Assembly (NCBI GenBank): GCA_964653665.1
Contig: CAZZGE010000002.1
Span: forward strand, 2,047 to 66,046
Reading direction: 5' to 3'
DNA length: 64,000 nucleotides
DNA from: an uncultured Porifericola sp.
GTDB lineage: Bacteria; Bacteroidota; Bacteroidia; Cytophagales; Cyclobacteriaceae
The notes under the pieces are model-generated. The model saw nothing but the letters and a program-made list of their open reading frames with translations. It did no database searches and was not told where the DNA came from. Each line of letters opens with the position of its first letter. The stretch's first letter is position 1. This document shows, piece by piece, positions 40,335-49,207 of the stretch. Both the position numbers and the translations under genes were made by a program.

Positions 40335-40979
40335 TTACCGTAATTTATTCAGGGCGGTATCAATATTTTCTTCCCCTCCACCAATCATTTCAAAGGTTTT
40401 ATAAAAAGTGTTGGGGTTTTCTACGGACTTGGCAATGGTTAGTGCCACGTCTGCCCGTGATATTTGCCCCATTTTATCGTCCAGGCTTCTTTGTGCGATG
40501 ATGCAACCACTCTCCGGGTCATCATTGAGCATGCCAGGACGGACAATGGTATAATTCAATTTACTTTTGGTCAGTCTCTGCTCAGACTTGGCCTTTGCCT
40601 GTAGGTAAGGCTGCAGCTTCTCGGGCCCCTGCTCAGGATGGTCAGTACCTACTGAGCTTAGTAAAATAAAACGTTCTACGCCGTTGCTTTCACAGGCATC
40701 AATCAGTTTAATTGCGCCATCACGATCCACTGCCCAGGTTTTATCCTCTCCGGTGTCAGGCCCCGAACCAGCCGCAAAAATAACAGCGTCTGAGCCTTCA
40801 ACCGCAAATTCTACGTCTCTTTCCAGGTCTGCGATATAGGGCAATGCTCCTCTTTCTTCCATCTGCTTAGATTGGCTCTCGTCACGAATCATAGCTCTAA
40901 CGTTATGATCCTGTTCTACCAAATGCTCTACTATCTGTAAGCCGGTTTTACCGTTAGCTCCGGCAATTAATACATTCAT
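40335..40979 (-). CDS. NAD(P)H-binding atypical SDR oxidoreductase
   Basis: IAGANGKTG, FAAGSG, YLQAK, IVRPG, ISRADVA. Confidence 0.88.
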   Translation of the reverse strand: MNVLIAGANGKTGLQIVEHLVEQDHNVRAMIRDESQSKQMEERGALPYIADLERDVEFAVEGSDAVIFAAGSGPDTGEDKTWAVDRDGAIKLIDACESNGVERFILLSSVGTDHPEQGPEKLQPYLQAKAKSEQRLTKSKLNYTIVRPGMLNDDPESGCIIAQRSLDDKMGQISRADVALTIAKSVENPNTFYKTFEMIGGGEENIDTALNKLR

Positions 40980-41159
40980 AATCAATATTTTAGTTTAAAA
41001 AATGTTATTGTATGCATTAATTCAACAAGCCTATTGCGCTAATGTTAAGTTTATTAATTTTAGCAAAGTTACGAGAAGTGATGCTTACCCATGATTTGTG
41101 GTTGGGTGAGCTAATTTGGATGCTCCTTTAACATTTTTTAAATCACATTAACTCTTAAA

Positions 41160-41639
41160 ATGAAGCATGTAATCAACTTAACCCCAGTTTGCAGTACAGT
41201 ATTATTGCTAATTTTTTTCGTTTTACCTGAATTTCCACTCTTAGCGCAACAGCCTCAGTTGGAAAAGCTAAGTGATGATAATGTGCTACAGGAGGATATT
41301 GAAATGGCCCAGAATCTTACCGAAGATATACTCAATAGTATGGCAGAGGGTGGCTATTACGAGTTCCAGGAGGGAGATGCAATTCCCGCGCTTGAGCAGC
41401 AGTTTAGTGAAGACATGCAAAAACAGCAGTACCAGATGCTCAAAAATCAGTTAGGGGAATATCGGTCTAAAATTGAATATCAGGAGGCTTACCAAGCTTC
41501 GCAGGCCGGGCAGTCATTCACGATCTATCGCTTTAAAGGCGAGTTTTCTCAAAGTGTGCCTGAAGTCAGAGTGGTATTCACTCCTGCCAATAAGTTGGCA
41601 GGTCTCAGGATAATACCCTGGCAGGATCAGTTACAGTAA
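41160..41639 (+). CDS. Secreted hypothetical protein (DUF3887-like)
   Basis: Signal peptide; QLGEY...IYRFKGEFS...EVRVVF...KLAGL. Confidence 0.55.
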   Translation: MKHVINLTPVCSTVLLLIFFVLPEFPLLAQQPQLEKLSDDNVLQEDIEMAQNLTEDILNSMAEGGYYEFQEGDAIPALEQQFSEDMQKQQYQMLKNQLGEYRSKIEYQEAYQASQAGQSFTIYRFKGEFSQSVPEVRVVFTPANKLAGLRIIPWQDQLQ

Positions 41640-41874
41640 TAGTGAAGGGCTAAGGAATTTTCGGGCGGTAGGCTGTTCTTGAATCTCAATTACGCTACCC
41701 TCTGGCAGGAAAAGACACATTTATCAGGAAGTCCTGACAAGTAAAAAAGTGTGCTGTAGCTGGTTTTAATACGACCTTTGTACAGAATGCATTGCTATGC
41801 AGCACAAAGTCTCCAATGCTGTTGATACCGGGAGTTTTACTTTCTTGCAAACTTCACCCAATGCAAGGATTCTC

Positions 41875-44355
41875 CTACTCCCCAAAAGCCGCATAAGCTT
41901 CCAACTGATCCTGCATTTTGCGGATACGGTCTTCCAAGGATTCTGAGCTGATTTTTTCGCGCAGCCGATCCACCATGATGGGGAAAGCAAAAGGAGTAGG
42001 GCGTGGTGGGTGTTCAATCACTAACTTTTGACGGCGGATTTTTGACATGACTTCAGCCAGTTTAGATTGCTCTACCTGCTGGTACAAAGCTTCCTGCATG
42101 GCCTGGTCTATCAGTAGGTTGTTAGGATCGTACTCGGCAAACACGTCATAAATAATCTGCGCGGTAGCCTGTAAATGGCGGTTACCGATGGGCTTACCGG
42201 GATAACCCTGAAAAACCAGGCCTGAGATTGCTGCAATCTCCCGGAAACGCCGTTTGGCCATTTCCGTACTATTAACACTGGCCAGTACATCTTCCAGCAG
42301 ATTTTGTTCGGAGAATAAATCCAGTTCCAGTGCTTCTTCCAACGGAATCTCAGATTCAGAAAGTAGCTCAAAGCCATAGTCATTCATGGCAATAGAAAAG
42401 CTAATAGGCTGAATCTGGCTCATTCGCCAGGCGACCAGCGCAGAAAGAATTTCGTGCACAGCTCTTCCGGCAAAAGGGTACATAAAGACATGATATCCCT
42501 CCCGAGTAGAAAGCTTTTCCATCAGAAACATGGTCCGGTTAGGCAGGGTAGACCAATGATCTTGTAGTGAGAGCAGAGGTTGTAGGGCGTTTAGCTCTGG
42601 ATCCCGGTACTTGCCCGTCAGAAACTCATCCAACTTGTAGCGTATCATGTCAGCCAGTTGCGTAGACAGCGGCATACGTCCACCGTTCCACCGGGGTATG
42701 ACTCCGTTCTTGCCCCGAGCCTTGCGTACCAGCACCGTCATCTCTTTGATGCGCTCGAACTTCAGGTTACGACCAGCAAACCAGAAATTATCACCTTTAT
42801 TGAGACGGGAGATGAAGCTTTCTTCAATGGTGCCGATGAAGCCACCCGACACATATTTTACTTTGAGAACCGGATCGCTGACAATGGTGCCCATGGAGAG
42901 CCGATGCCGCATGGCAGTACGTCGCCGGTTGACTTTATATGAGCCGTTTTCGGTGATTTCTACTTTAGAAAATTCGTCGTACTGCCCCAGACTTTCGCCG
43001 CCGCTGGTAATGAACCTAAGGGCCCAGGCCCATTCCTCGTCCCGGAGATTCCGAAATCCGTAGGTTTGCCGGATTTCTTTCAGCACTTCATCCGGGCGAA
43101 AGCCTTCTCCTACCGCGAGCGTGACCAGGTACTGCACCAGTACGTCAAATGATTTTTCCAGCGGCTTCCTGGACTCAATAATTTTTTGCCGGATAGCCTC
43201 TTGTATGGCGGCTCCTTCCAGCAGCTCCAGTGAGTGGGTGGGCAAAAAATAAATACGACTGGTAGCACCTGGTTGGTGACCACTGCGCCCGGCCCTTTGC
43301 AGAAAACGCGATATTCCCTTGGGGCTGCCCACTTGTATGACTGTCTCAACCGGTCGGAAGTCCACCCCCAAATCCAGACTGGAGGTACATACCACCAGCT
43401 TGAGTAGTCCCTGGTGCAGGGCATCTTCTACCCAGGTACGGACTTGATTGTCCAGGGAGCCGTGGTGCATGGCCATCTGTCCTGCTAGCTCAGGCACTTG
43501 GCTGAGCAGTGTCTGGTACCAGATTTCGGTCTGGGCCCGGGTATTGGTAAACAGCAGGGTCGTACGGCTTTCTTCAATGATCGGCAGAATCTTGTGCATC
43601 ATTTTAATCCCCAGGTGACCTGCCCAGGGAAATTTCTCTACCTCATCCGGAAGGATGCTGATGATCTCAGTCTTTTTCTTAATGTTGGATTTGACGATCC
43701 GGTTGGGCCGGGGATGATTCGGACCTAGCAATATGTCTTTGGCCTGTTCCAGGTTACCGATGGTAGCGGAGATGCCCCAGATGCGTAATGCAGGTCTTAT
43801 CACTTTAAGATGTCCCAGTCCAAGCTCCATTTGAACTCCCCGCTTGGTCCCCAGCAGCTCGTGCCATTCATCTACCACCACACACTGCAGGTTTTTAAAG
43901 AGGCGAGAATGGTCTTTCTGACTGATGAGCAGGTGCAGGCTTTCTGGTGTAGTGATGAGACATTCGGGCATGCTGCGCATTTGCTTTTGTCGCTCAGAGG
44001 AGGTAGTGTCACCACTCCGTACGGCGATCTTCCAGGGGATATCCATCTCCTCGCAGGCACGTTCCATCGCCAGTCGGATATCTTTGGCTAGTGCTTTCAG
44101 GGGCGTGATCCAGATCAGCTGTAGTCCGTTACGGCGCTTTTCCTGGTAGGTATCGGGATGCTGCTGCATAAAATCTAGCAGGCAGGCGAGCCAGAGGGCA
44201 TAAGTTTTACCGCTTCCGGTAGGGGCATTTAGCAGGCCGCTTTCGCCTTGAATGTAGGCCTCCCAGCATTCCTGCTGAAAACCGAATGGCTTCCAGCCCT
44301 GCTTATGAAACCATTGGATGGCGGGAGTCAGTGATTTTGAATGAGTTGATGACAT
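41875..44355 (-). CDS. Lhr-core type DEXH-box helicase (ligase-associated DNA damage response family)
   Basis: APTGSGKT, ITPLKAL, DEWHE, HHGSL, TSSLDLGVD, QRAGRSGH, PTPFAFP. Confidence 0.9.
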   Translation of the reverse strand: MSSTHSKSLTPAIQWFHKQGWKPFGFQQECWEAYIQGESGLLNAPTGSGKTYALWLACLLDFMQQHPDTYQEKRRNGLQLIWITPLKALAKDIRLAMERACEEMDIPWKIAVRSGDTTSSERQKQMRSMPECLITTPESLHLLISQKDHSRLFKNLQCVVVDEWHELLGTKRGVQMELGLGHLKVIRPALRIWGISATIGNLEQAKDILLGPNHPRPNRIVKSNIKKKTEIISILPDEVEKFPWAGHLGIKMMHKILPIIEESRTTLLFTNTRAQTEIWYQTLLSQVPELAGQMAMHHGSLDNQVRTWVEDALHQGLLKLVVCTSSLDLGVDFRPVETVIQVGSPKGISRFLQRAGRSGHQPGATSRIYFLPTHSLELLEGAAIQEAIRQKIIESRKPLEKSFDVLVQYLVTLAVGEGFRPDEVLKEIRQTYGFRNLRDEEWAWALRFITSGGESLGQYDEFSKVEITENGSYKVNRRRTAMRHRLSMGTIVSDPVLKVKYVSGGFIGTIEESFISRLNKGDNFWFAGRNLKFERIKEMTVLVRKARGKNGVIPRWNGGRMPLSTQLADMIRYKLDEFLTGKYRDPELNALQPLLSLQDHWSTLPNRTMFLMEKLSTREGYHVFMYPFAGRAVHEILSALVAWRMSQIQPISFSIAMNDYGFELLSESEIPLEEALELDLFSEQNLLEDVLASVNSTEMAKRRFREIAAISGLVFQGYPGKPIGNRHLQATAQIIYDVFAEYDPNNLLIDQAMQEALYQQVEQSKLAEVMSKIRRQKLVIEHPPRPTPFAFPIMVDRLREKISSESLEDRIRKMQDQLEAYAAFGE

Positions 44356-44401
44356 CAGTTGAAAAAATCAAAAATCAGCGGATTTGTTTGAGGTATCCCG
44401 A

Positions 44402-46375
44402 TCAATAATGTGCTGAGTATTCTTTTCTCAGCAGTCGTCGCATCAGCTTGTTGGACGCTGTGCGGGGCAGGTCTTTACGCGCTATCACATCTTTAATCCT
44501 GAAGAGAGGATTGAGCTCACGGGCAATCATTTGCTGCCATTCAGCTTTTAGTTCAGCGAGATCAGGTTTTACCAGACCAGATACAAAGAATACTACCAAC
44601 GCTTCCGGCCCCCCTGCTTCCGGGGCTATGGCCACAGCGGCACTCTCGTAAACTGCCTGATGCTGATTGATAATTTTCTCAATCTCAACGGCGCTGATCT
44701 TGATACCGCCCAGGTTCATGCTGTCGTCAGCGCGGCCCCGGCTTTTGAAGAACCTAATGTCGTCCAGCGGCTCTGCAAAAATCTGGTAGTCATCCCCGTG
44801 TCGGCGTAGGGGGGTGCCATCTTCAAGCCGTGGAGTTCCTGCATAGTATTCCTCATGGTGGTCGCGGTTAAGTAGCTTTTGAGAAAGCCCGATGGAGGGA
44901 GGCACGATGAAAACTTCTCCATCCTGATCTGGGAGAAGCTTACCGCTTTCTTCATTACGGAAGCGTAGTTCCATGCCCAGGGCTGGTGTGGTAAAAGTAG
45001 CTGGACTGGCTGGTTGGAGAAGTGATCCGGTCATATAACCACCGCCGATCTCGGTACCGCCGCAATACTCAATGATGGGAGCCCGGAAGTGGCATAGCCA
45101 CATCAGATAAAGATAATCATCCACCTGCGAAGGTTCACCGGTTGAGCTGAAAAGCCGTACTTTCCAGTCAAATGCTTCCATGGCAGCCGTATTTTTCCAG
45201 GCTTTAACCAGCGAAGGAATGGTACCCAAAATGGTGATTTCCGATTTTTCAGTGAAGTTTCCAAACGCTTTGCCGGCTGCCGATCCGGTAAAAAGAGCCA
45301 GTGTGGCGCGATTCATCAGCGCGGCAAAGATGGTCCACGGTCCCATCATCCATCCCATGCCAGTAGTCCAAGTTATTATGTCATCAGGTTGTACGTCATG
45401 ATGAAAATGGGCGTCAGTCCCACACTTGATGGGAGTGAGCTGTGTCCAGGGAATGGCTTTGGGCTCGCTGGTGGTACCCGAAGAATAAAGAATGCTGATT
45501 AGGCTGTCTGGCGTAGCCGATACTGATTCAAACCCTTCATTATCCAAAAAATCGTCCCAGAGCACATCCTGTGACCTCAGCTTAGGGCTGTCCCGTCCGG
45601 AGACCACAATAGCCATAGGTGCTTCGGCATCTTGTATTTTTTGGTAAATATTCAGCCTTTTACTTCCGTAAGTATATTCATCCAGGGTTACGATGGCCCT
45701 GGCATCGCTACTTTTTAGTCTTTTCTGTAGCTCGGCTTGAGAAAAGCTATCGGCGACAAGCACAGCCACCATGCCTGCCTGGATGATGCCCAGGTAAGCA
45801 GCTACCGCCTCCGGACACAAAGGTATGTAGAGTACGATGCGGTCGCCTGCTTGTAAGCCCTGTTTCAGGAGGCCGTTAGAAAAACGGTTGCACAAAGACT
45901 GTAGGGCTGTATAGCTGATTTCGCGCATTTGCTCATTTTCATCTGAAGCGATGATAGCCGTTTTGCTTCCTTCAGCCCGGAAACAGCTTTTGACGATATT
46001 GAACCGGGCTCCCGGTAGCCATTCTGGGTCTTCTGCTCCACCAATTGTCGTATCCAAAACTTGTCTGTAAGGTTGGTCAAAGTGAATCTCCAGGCTTTGA
46101 ATCGCTTCTTCCCAGAACAGGGACCGATGAGCTACCGACCACGCATAAAGATCAGGGTAACTGTCTAACTGAAAGCGCTGCATCAGCCTGGTTATGTTCG
46201 CTCCTTCTATTGTTTCTTCCGACGGCAGCCAGGCAATTCCCAAGGGATCATTCCTGAAAATGGCCTGATAAATATCCTTGAGTTGGTCAAAGCTCAAGGT
46301 GTCATCAGCGTCCTGAGTGATACGTTGCCAGAGACAGGCTTTTTGTAGGAAAACATCTTTTTGGGTAGCTTGCAT
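44402..46375 (-). CDS. AMP-binding acyl-CoA synthetase (acetate/acetoacetate-CoA ligase-like)
   Basis: YSSGTTSEPK, GWMMGPW, EYCGGTE, GRADD, PRTASNK; start uncertain (46375, 46399 or 46447). Confidence 0.85.
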   Translation of the reverse strand: MQATQKDVFLQKACLWQRITQDADDTLSFDQLKDIYQAIFRNDPLGIAWLPSEETIEGANITRLMQRFQLDSYPDLYAWSVAHRSLFWEEAIQSLEIHFDQPYRQVLDTTIGGAEDPEWLPGARFNIVKSCFRAEGSKTAIIASDENEQMREISYTALQSLCNRFSNGLLKQGLQAGDRIVLYIPLCPEAVAAYLGIIQAGMVAVLVADSFSQAELQKRLKSSDARAIVTLDEYTYGSKRLNIYQKIQDAEAPMAIVVSGRDSPKLRSQDVLWDDFLDNEGFESVSATPDSLISILYSSGTTSEPKAIPWTQLTPIKCGTDAHFHHDVQPDDIITWTTGMGWMMGPWTIFAALMNRATLALFTGSAAGKAFGNFTEKSEITILGTIPSLVKAWKNTAAMEAFDWKVRLFSSTGEPSQVDDYLYLMWLCHFRAPIIEYCGGTEIGGGYMTGSLLQPASPATFTTPALGMELRFRNEESGKLLPDQDGEVFIVPPSIGLSQKLLNRDHHEEYYAGTPRLEDGTPLRRHGDDYQIFAEPLDDIRFFKSRGRADDSMNLGGIKISAVEIEKIINQHQAVYESAAVAIAPEAGGPEALVVFFVSGLVKPDLAELKAEWQQMIARELNPLFRIKDVIARKDLPRTASNKLMRRLLRKEYSAHY

Positions 46376-46395
46376 AATTGATAGTTTTAAGAGAC

Positions 46396-46419
46396 TCATC
46401 CTGAAATCTTTCAGGATGA
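46396..46419. promoter_or_regulatory. Perfect 11-bp inverted repeat, candidate operator
   Basis: TCATCCTGAAA-TC-TTTCAGGATGA between divergent genes. Confidence 0.45.
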
Positions 46420-46456
46420 TGCCTGTAGTTTCACCATTATTATACACTAATTTTTC

Positions 46457-47140
46457 ATGAATTTACAACCTCATTCTCTACTCGTTATTTTATTGATCAT
46501 GCTCATTACCGGATGCAGTGCGGACAAAAAGCAACGTGTGGTATTTTTTGGAGACTCTATCACGCAGGCAGGAGAAGAAGACCCTGCCGGCTACCTCAAT
46601 GTAATGCGCGACCAACTGGATACGGCGAAGTACGAAATTATCGGGGCGGGAATTAGTGGTAACAAAGTGACTGATCTGCAGGGGCGCGTTCAGGAGGATG
46701 TAATAGCCCAGCTACCCAATATCGTTTTCATTTACATCGGTATCAACGACGTTTGGCATTTTTATGAATTTGAAGGTACCACCGGGACCGAGATAGGAGC
46801 CTACGAAGCGGGCCTGATTGATCTGGTAGGCATGTTGCAGACTGACACAACTGACGTAATCCTTTGTACCCCCAGCGTCATTGGCGAAAAGCCGGCAATG
46901 GAAGGAGAAATCAATCAACAACTGGATGCATACACTGAGGTGGTCAGGAAGGTAGCCAGCGAAACAAGTTGCGGGATATGCGACCTACGGACTGCTTTCA
47001 AGGAGTATCTCAGCGAGAATAACCCGGTTGACCAGGAAGAAGGTATACTCACCACAGACGGCGTCCACATGAATCCAGCAGGAGATCAATTTCTGGCTGA
47101 TAAGATGTTGGAATGTCTTCAAAGATACGCTGGTAACTAA
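46457..47140 (+). CDS. SGNH/GDSL hydrolase lipoprotein
   Basis: Lipobox ITGC; FGDSIT, GISG, GIND, DGVH. Confidence 0.9.
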   Translation: MNLQPHSLLVILLIMLITGCSADKKQRVVFFGDSITQAGEEDPAGYLNVMRDQLDTAKYEIIGAGISGNKVTDLQGRVQEDVIAQLPNIVFIYIGINDVWHFYEFEGTTGTEIGAYEAGLIDLVGMLQTDTTDVILCTPSVIGEKPAMEGEINQQLDAYTEVVRKVASETSCGICDLRTAFKEYLSENNPVDQEEGILTTDGVHMNPAGDQFLADKMLECLQRYAGN

Positions 47141-47155
47141 ACACCTTCCAGATTT

Positions 47156-48466
47156 CTATTCAAGCTTCATTTTGATGGCAGAGCGATAATCAGTGTAGTG
47201 CCGGTAGTACTCATTGGTTAGAAAAAAGAGCTGTAATGGATTATCTTTATCGGCTCCCAATACTGCATATGGCCGTATATTATCCCTCTGTGAATTTTCA
47301 GTAATTGGTGTCTGACTCCACTCGCCAGTTTTATCCCTGAGCCAGTGTTCTATTTCAAAAACGCCTTCCTTTTGTAAAGACAAGTAAACTTCTTCCGGAT
47401 TTTCATGGTCCAGTACGATGCCTCCTGAGTAATTAGGTTCGCGTTGCTCCTGACCCGGCTTATTGTCAGGAAACCAACTTCCGGCTCGGACTAATCTTTC
47501 GCTCTCCCAGTTGCTGCCATCCCAATGGGCGTAGTAATAGTCGTGGATGCTATCTTCTGGAAAAGAGGTAAATGTCAGAACGGGTTGACCATTTACACGG
47601 GCAGTGATATCCCAAATCCAGGCTTTATCCCCACTTGCCCCATCGTATACTTTATCGGTTTCTCCCGGAGAAAAAGGCAAGTCCTCCAGCGATCCTATCA
47701 CGCTGTTATCGGCTTTAAAGAAATTACCGTCCTGGTAGTAGGTGTAGTAAATGCTGTTTTCTAACTCCCTGCGAGGATGTCCATCGGTGAAAGCCAAATG
47801 GAGACGCGTACCGTCGCTGTAAGCTTTGAGGTAGGGGCGTCGGTTGCGGTATATTCTCTTAGGTAGAATCAGGATCTCACCGGTAGACCAAGTTTGACCG
47901 TCATCTTTAGAAATAGAGTAGTTGGGCTTAAAGTCGGCACCTCGCCACAGCATAAATAGCTGATCGCCCACCGGCCAAACGTTGACGTAGGTGTAGGTGT
48001 CAGAGTATTCCTTGTACTGCGTGGTGTCGTTCAGGTCCAGCGAACGCGGGATTTCCCACTGACTGATATCTTCGGGGTTCTGGCTGATAAGCTGGTAAAT
48101 GGGTGTTTCTTTGGAATGTTCGGAATAGAATACCATCAACCGGCCATCTTCGGTAAAATGAAGGGCAGGATTATCATGATCATCTACTTCCAATCCTTCG
48201 TGTAACATGTAAGTCTGGGTTTGTCTGTCTTGATGGTCATAGAAACCTACCATTACATTCCCCCTGGAATCAATCCAGCCTACGTAGGTACGTTGGTGCT
48301 GACCTTCGTAGTACACGGCCCGGGGGTCTGAAAACCAGCACCAGGCACCATCTTCAGCAAAGGTTTTTACATCCGTTACATTTTGCGTAGCAGGAGGGGT
48401 AGTTTTGCAAGCTGACACTGATAAGTAAACAACTAAAAATAGTGAGGAAAACAGTAATTGGCGCAT
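47156..48466 (-). CDS. BNR-4 repeat-containing lipoprotein (beta-propeller)
   Basis: Lipobox VSAC; GAWCWFSDPRA, DDHDNP, SKDDGQTWS Asp-box. Confidence 0.8.
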   Translation of the reverse strand: MRQLLFSSLFLVVYLSVSACKTTPPATQNVTDVKTFAEDGAWCWFSDPRAVYYEGQHQRTYVGWIDSRGNVMVGFYDHQDRQTQTYMLHEGLEVDDHDNPALHFTEDGRLMVFYSEHSKETPIYQLISQNPEDISQWEIPRSLDLNDTTQYKEYSDTYTYVNVWPVGDQLFMLWRGADFKPNYSISKDDGQTWSTGEILILPKRIYRNRRPYLKAYSDGTRLHLAFTDGHPRRELENSIYYTYYQDGNFFKADNSVIGSLEDLPFSPGETDKVYDGASGDKAWIWDITARVNGQPVLTFTSFPEDSIHDYYYAHWDGSNWESERLVRAGSWFPDNKPGQEQREPNYSGGIVLDHENPEEVYLSLQKEGVFEIEHWLRDKTGEWSQTPITENSQRDNIRPYAVLGADKDNPLQLFFLTNEYYRHYTDYRSAIKMKLE

Positions 48467-48558
48467 AGAAAGCTCTTTTGTTTCGTCTGTTTGTTGGCGT
48501 TGAATATACTGAATCTATTGAAAAACCTTGAGAGCCTTCTTTCTGTTGCGCCAAACAT

Positions 48559-49155
48559 TTAGGATGCTTTGCGAGGACGGCGATAACTGTAGTAGGCCAG
48601 CACCTCTTCAACGGCAAAACGAATGGCAGTATTAATGGGGTAAAAATTTTCAGAAAGGCGATGGTCAATGGTAGTCAGCCTGAAATAGTATTGGCGCATT
48701 ACGGGTATAGGTTTACCCTGTTTTACCCAGTTATCCGCTCGGTGGTAGGTTTCAGGAATTTCTTTTTTGATGATACTGCAGGTGGATAAACGTTTTTGTC
48801 CATATTTATCCAGAGTGGCGGAAAAAGCAAACAGGCGGCAAATGAGTCCCCGGTAATGGTATTGGGAACACTTACCACTGCGCTGGTCTTTAGCCATCAC
48901 ATGCAGAATTTGACATACCTGCTGTTCCGGATGGGACTTTAGTTGCTCCAGCCAGGTTTCCGCCTCTCCACGCGTAAAGAGGTGGTAGGCGAGGGGTAAA
49001 AATTCTAAAATTGTAGCTTCAATATCTGCTTTAAAGCAACATTTACCACATCCTGCCACGCAGGTGAGACCAGTGCCCTGACGCAATTTGTGAACGTCTT
49101 TTTCCAGATCATGGTAAAGTTTTTCTACTGCATTGACTTTTCTTTTTATGGACAT
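48559..49155 (-). CDS. YkgJ family cysteine-cluster (zinc/iron-chelating) protein
   Basis: CVAGCGKCC, VCQIL, CSQYHYRGLICRLF; start moved to ATG at 49155. Confidence 0.85.
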   Translation of the reverse strand: MSIKRKVNAVEKLYHDLEKDVHKLRQGTGLTCVAGCGKCCFKADIEATILEFLPLAYHLFTRGEAETWLEQLKSHPEQQVCQILHVMAKDQRSGKCSQYHYRGLICRLFAFSATLDKYGQKRLSTCSIIKKEIPETYHRADNWVKQGKPIPVMRQYYFRLTTIDHRLSENFYPINTAIRFAVEEVLAYYSYRRPRKAS

Positions 49156-49207
49156 TTTTAGGAGGTTATCATTCTCAGAATACCTCAAAAGGCCGGGATT
49201 AGTTGCA

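Noticed and set aside
41083..41111. Hairpin GCTTACCCA/TGGGTGAGC between divergent genes
   Set aside because: A single 9-bp stem with a G-T pair and no U-tract; insufficient to call a terminator or riboswitch.
41640..41874. Possible remnant of the metallophosphoesterase partner downstream of the Lhr helicase, and ORF 41766-42017
   Set aside because: No DxH/GD/GNHD-type motifs were seen, and the ORF overlaps the helicase 3' end in another frame.
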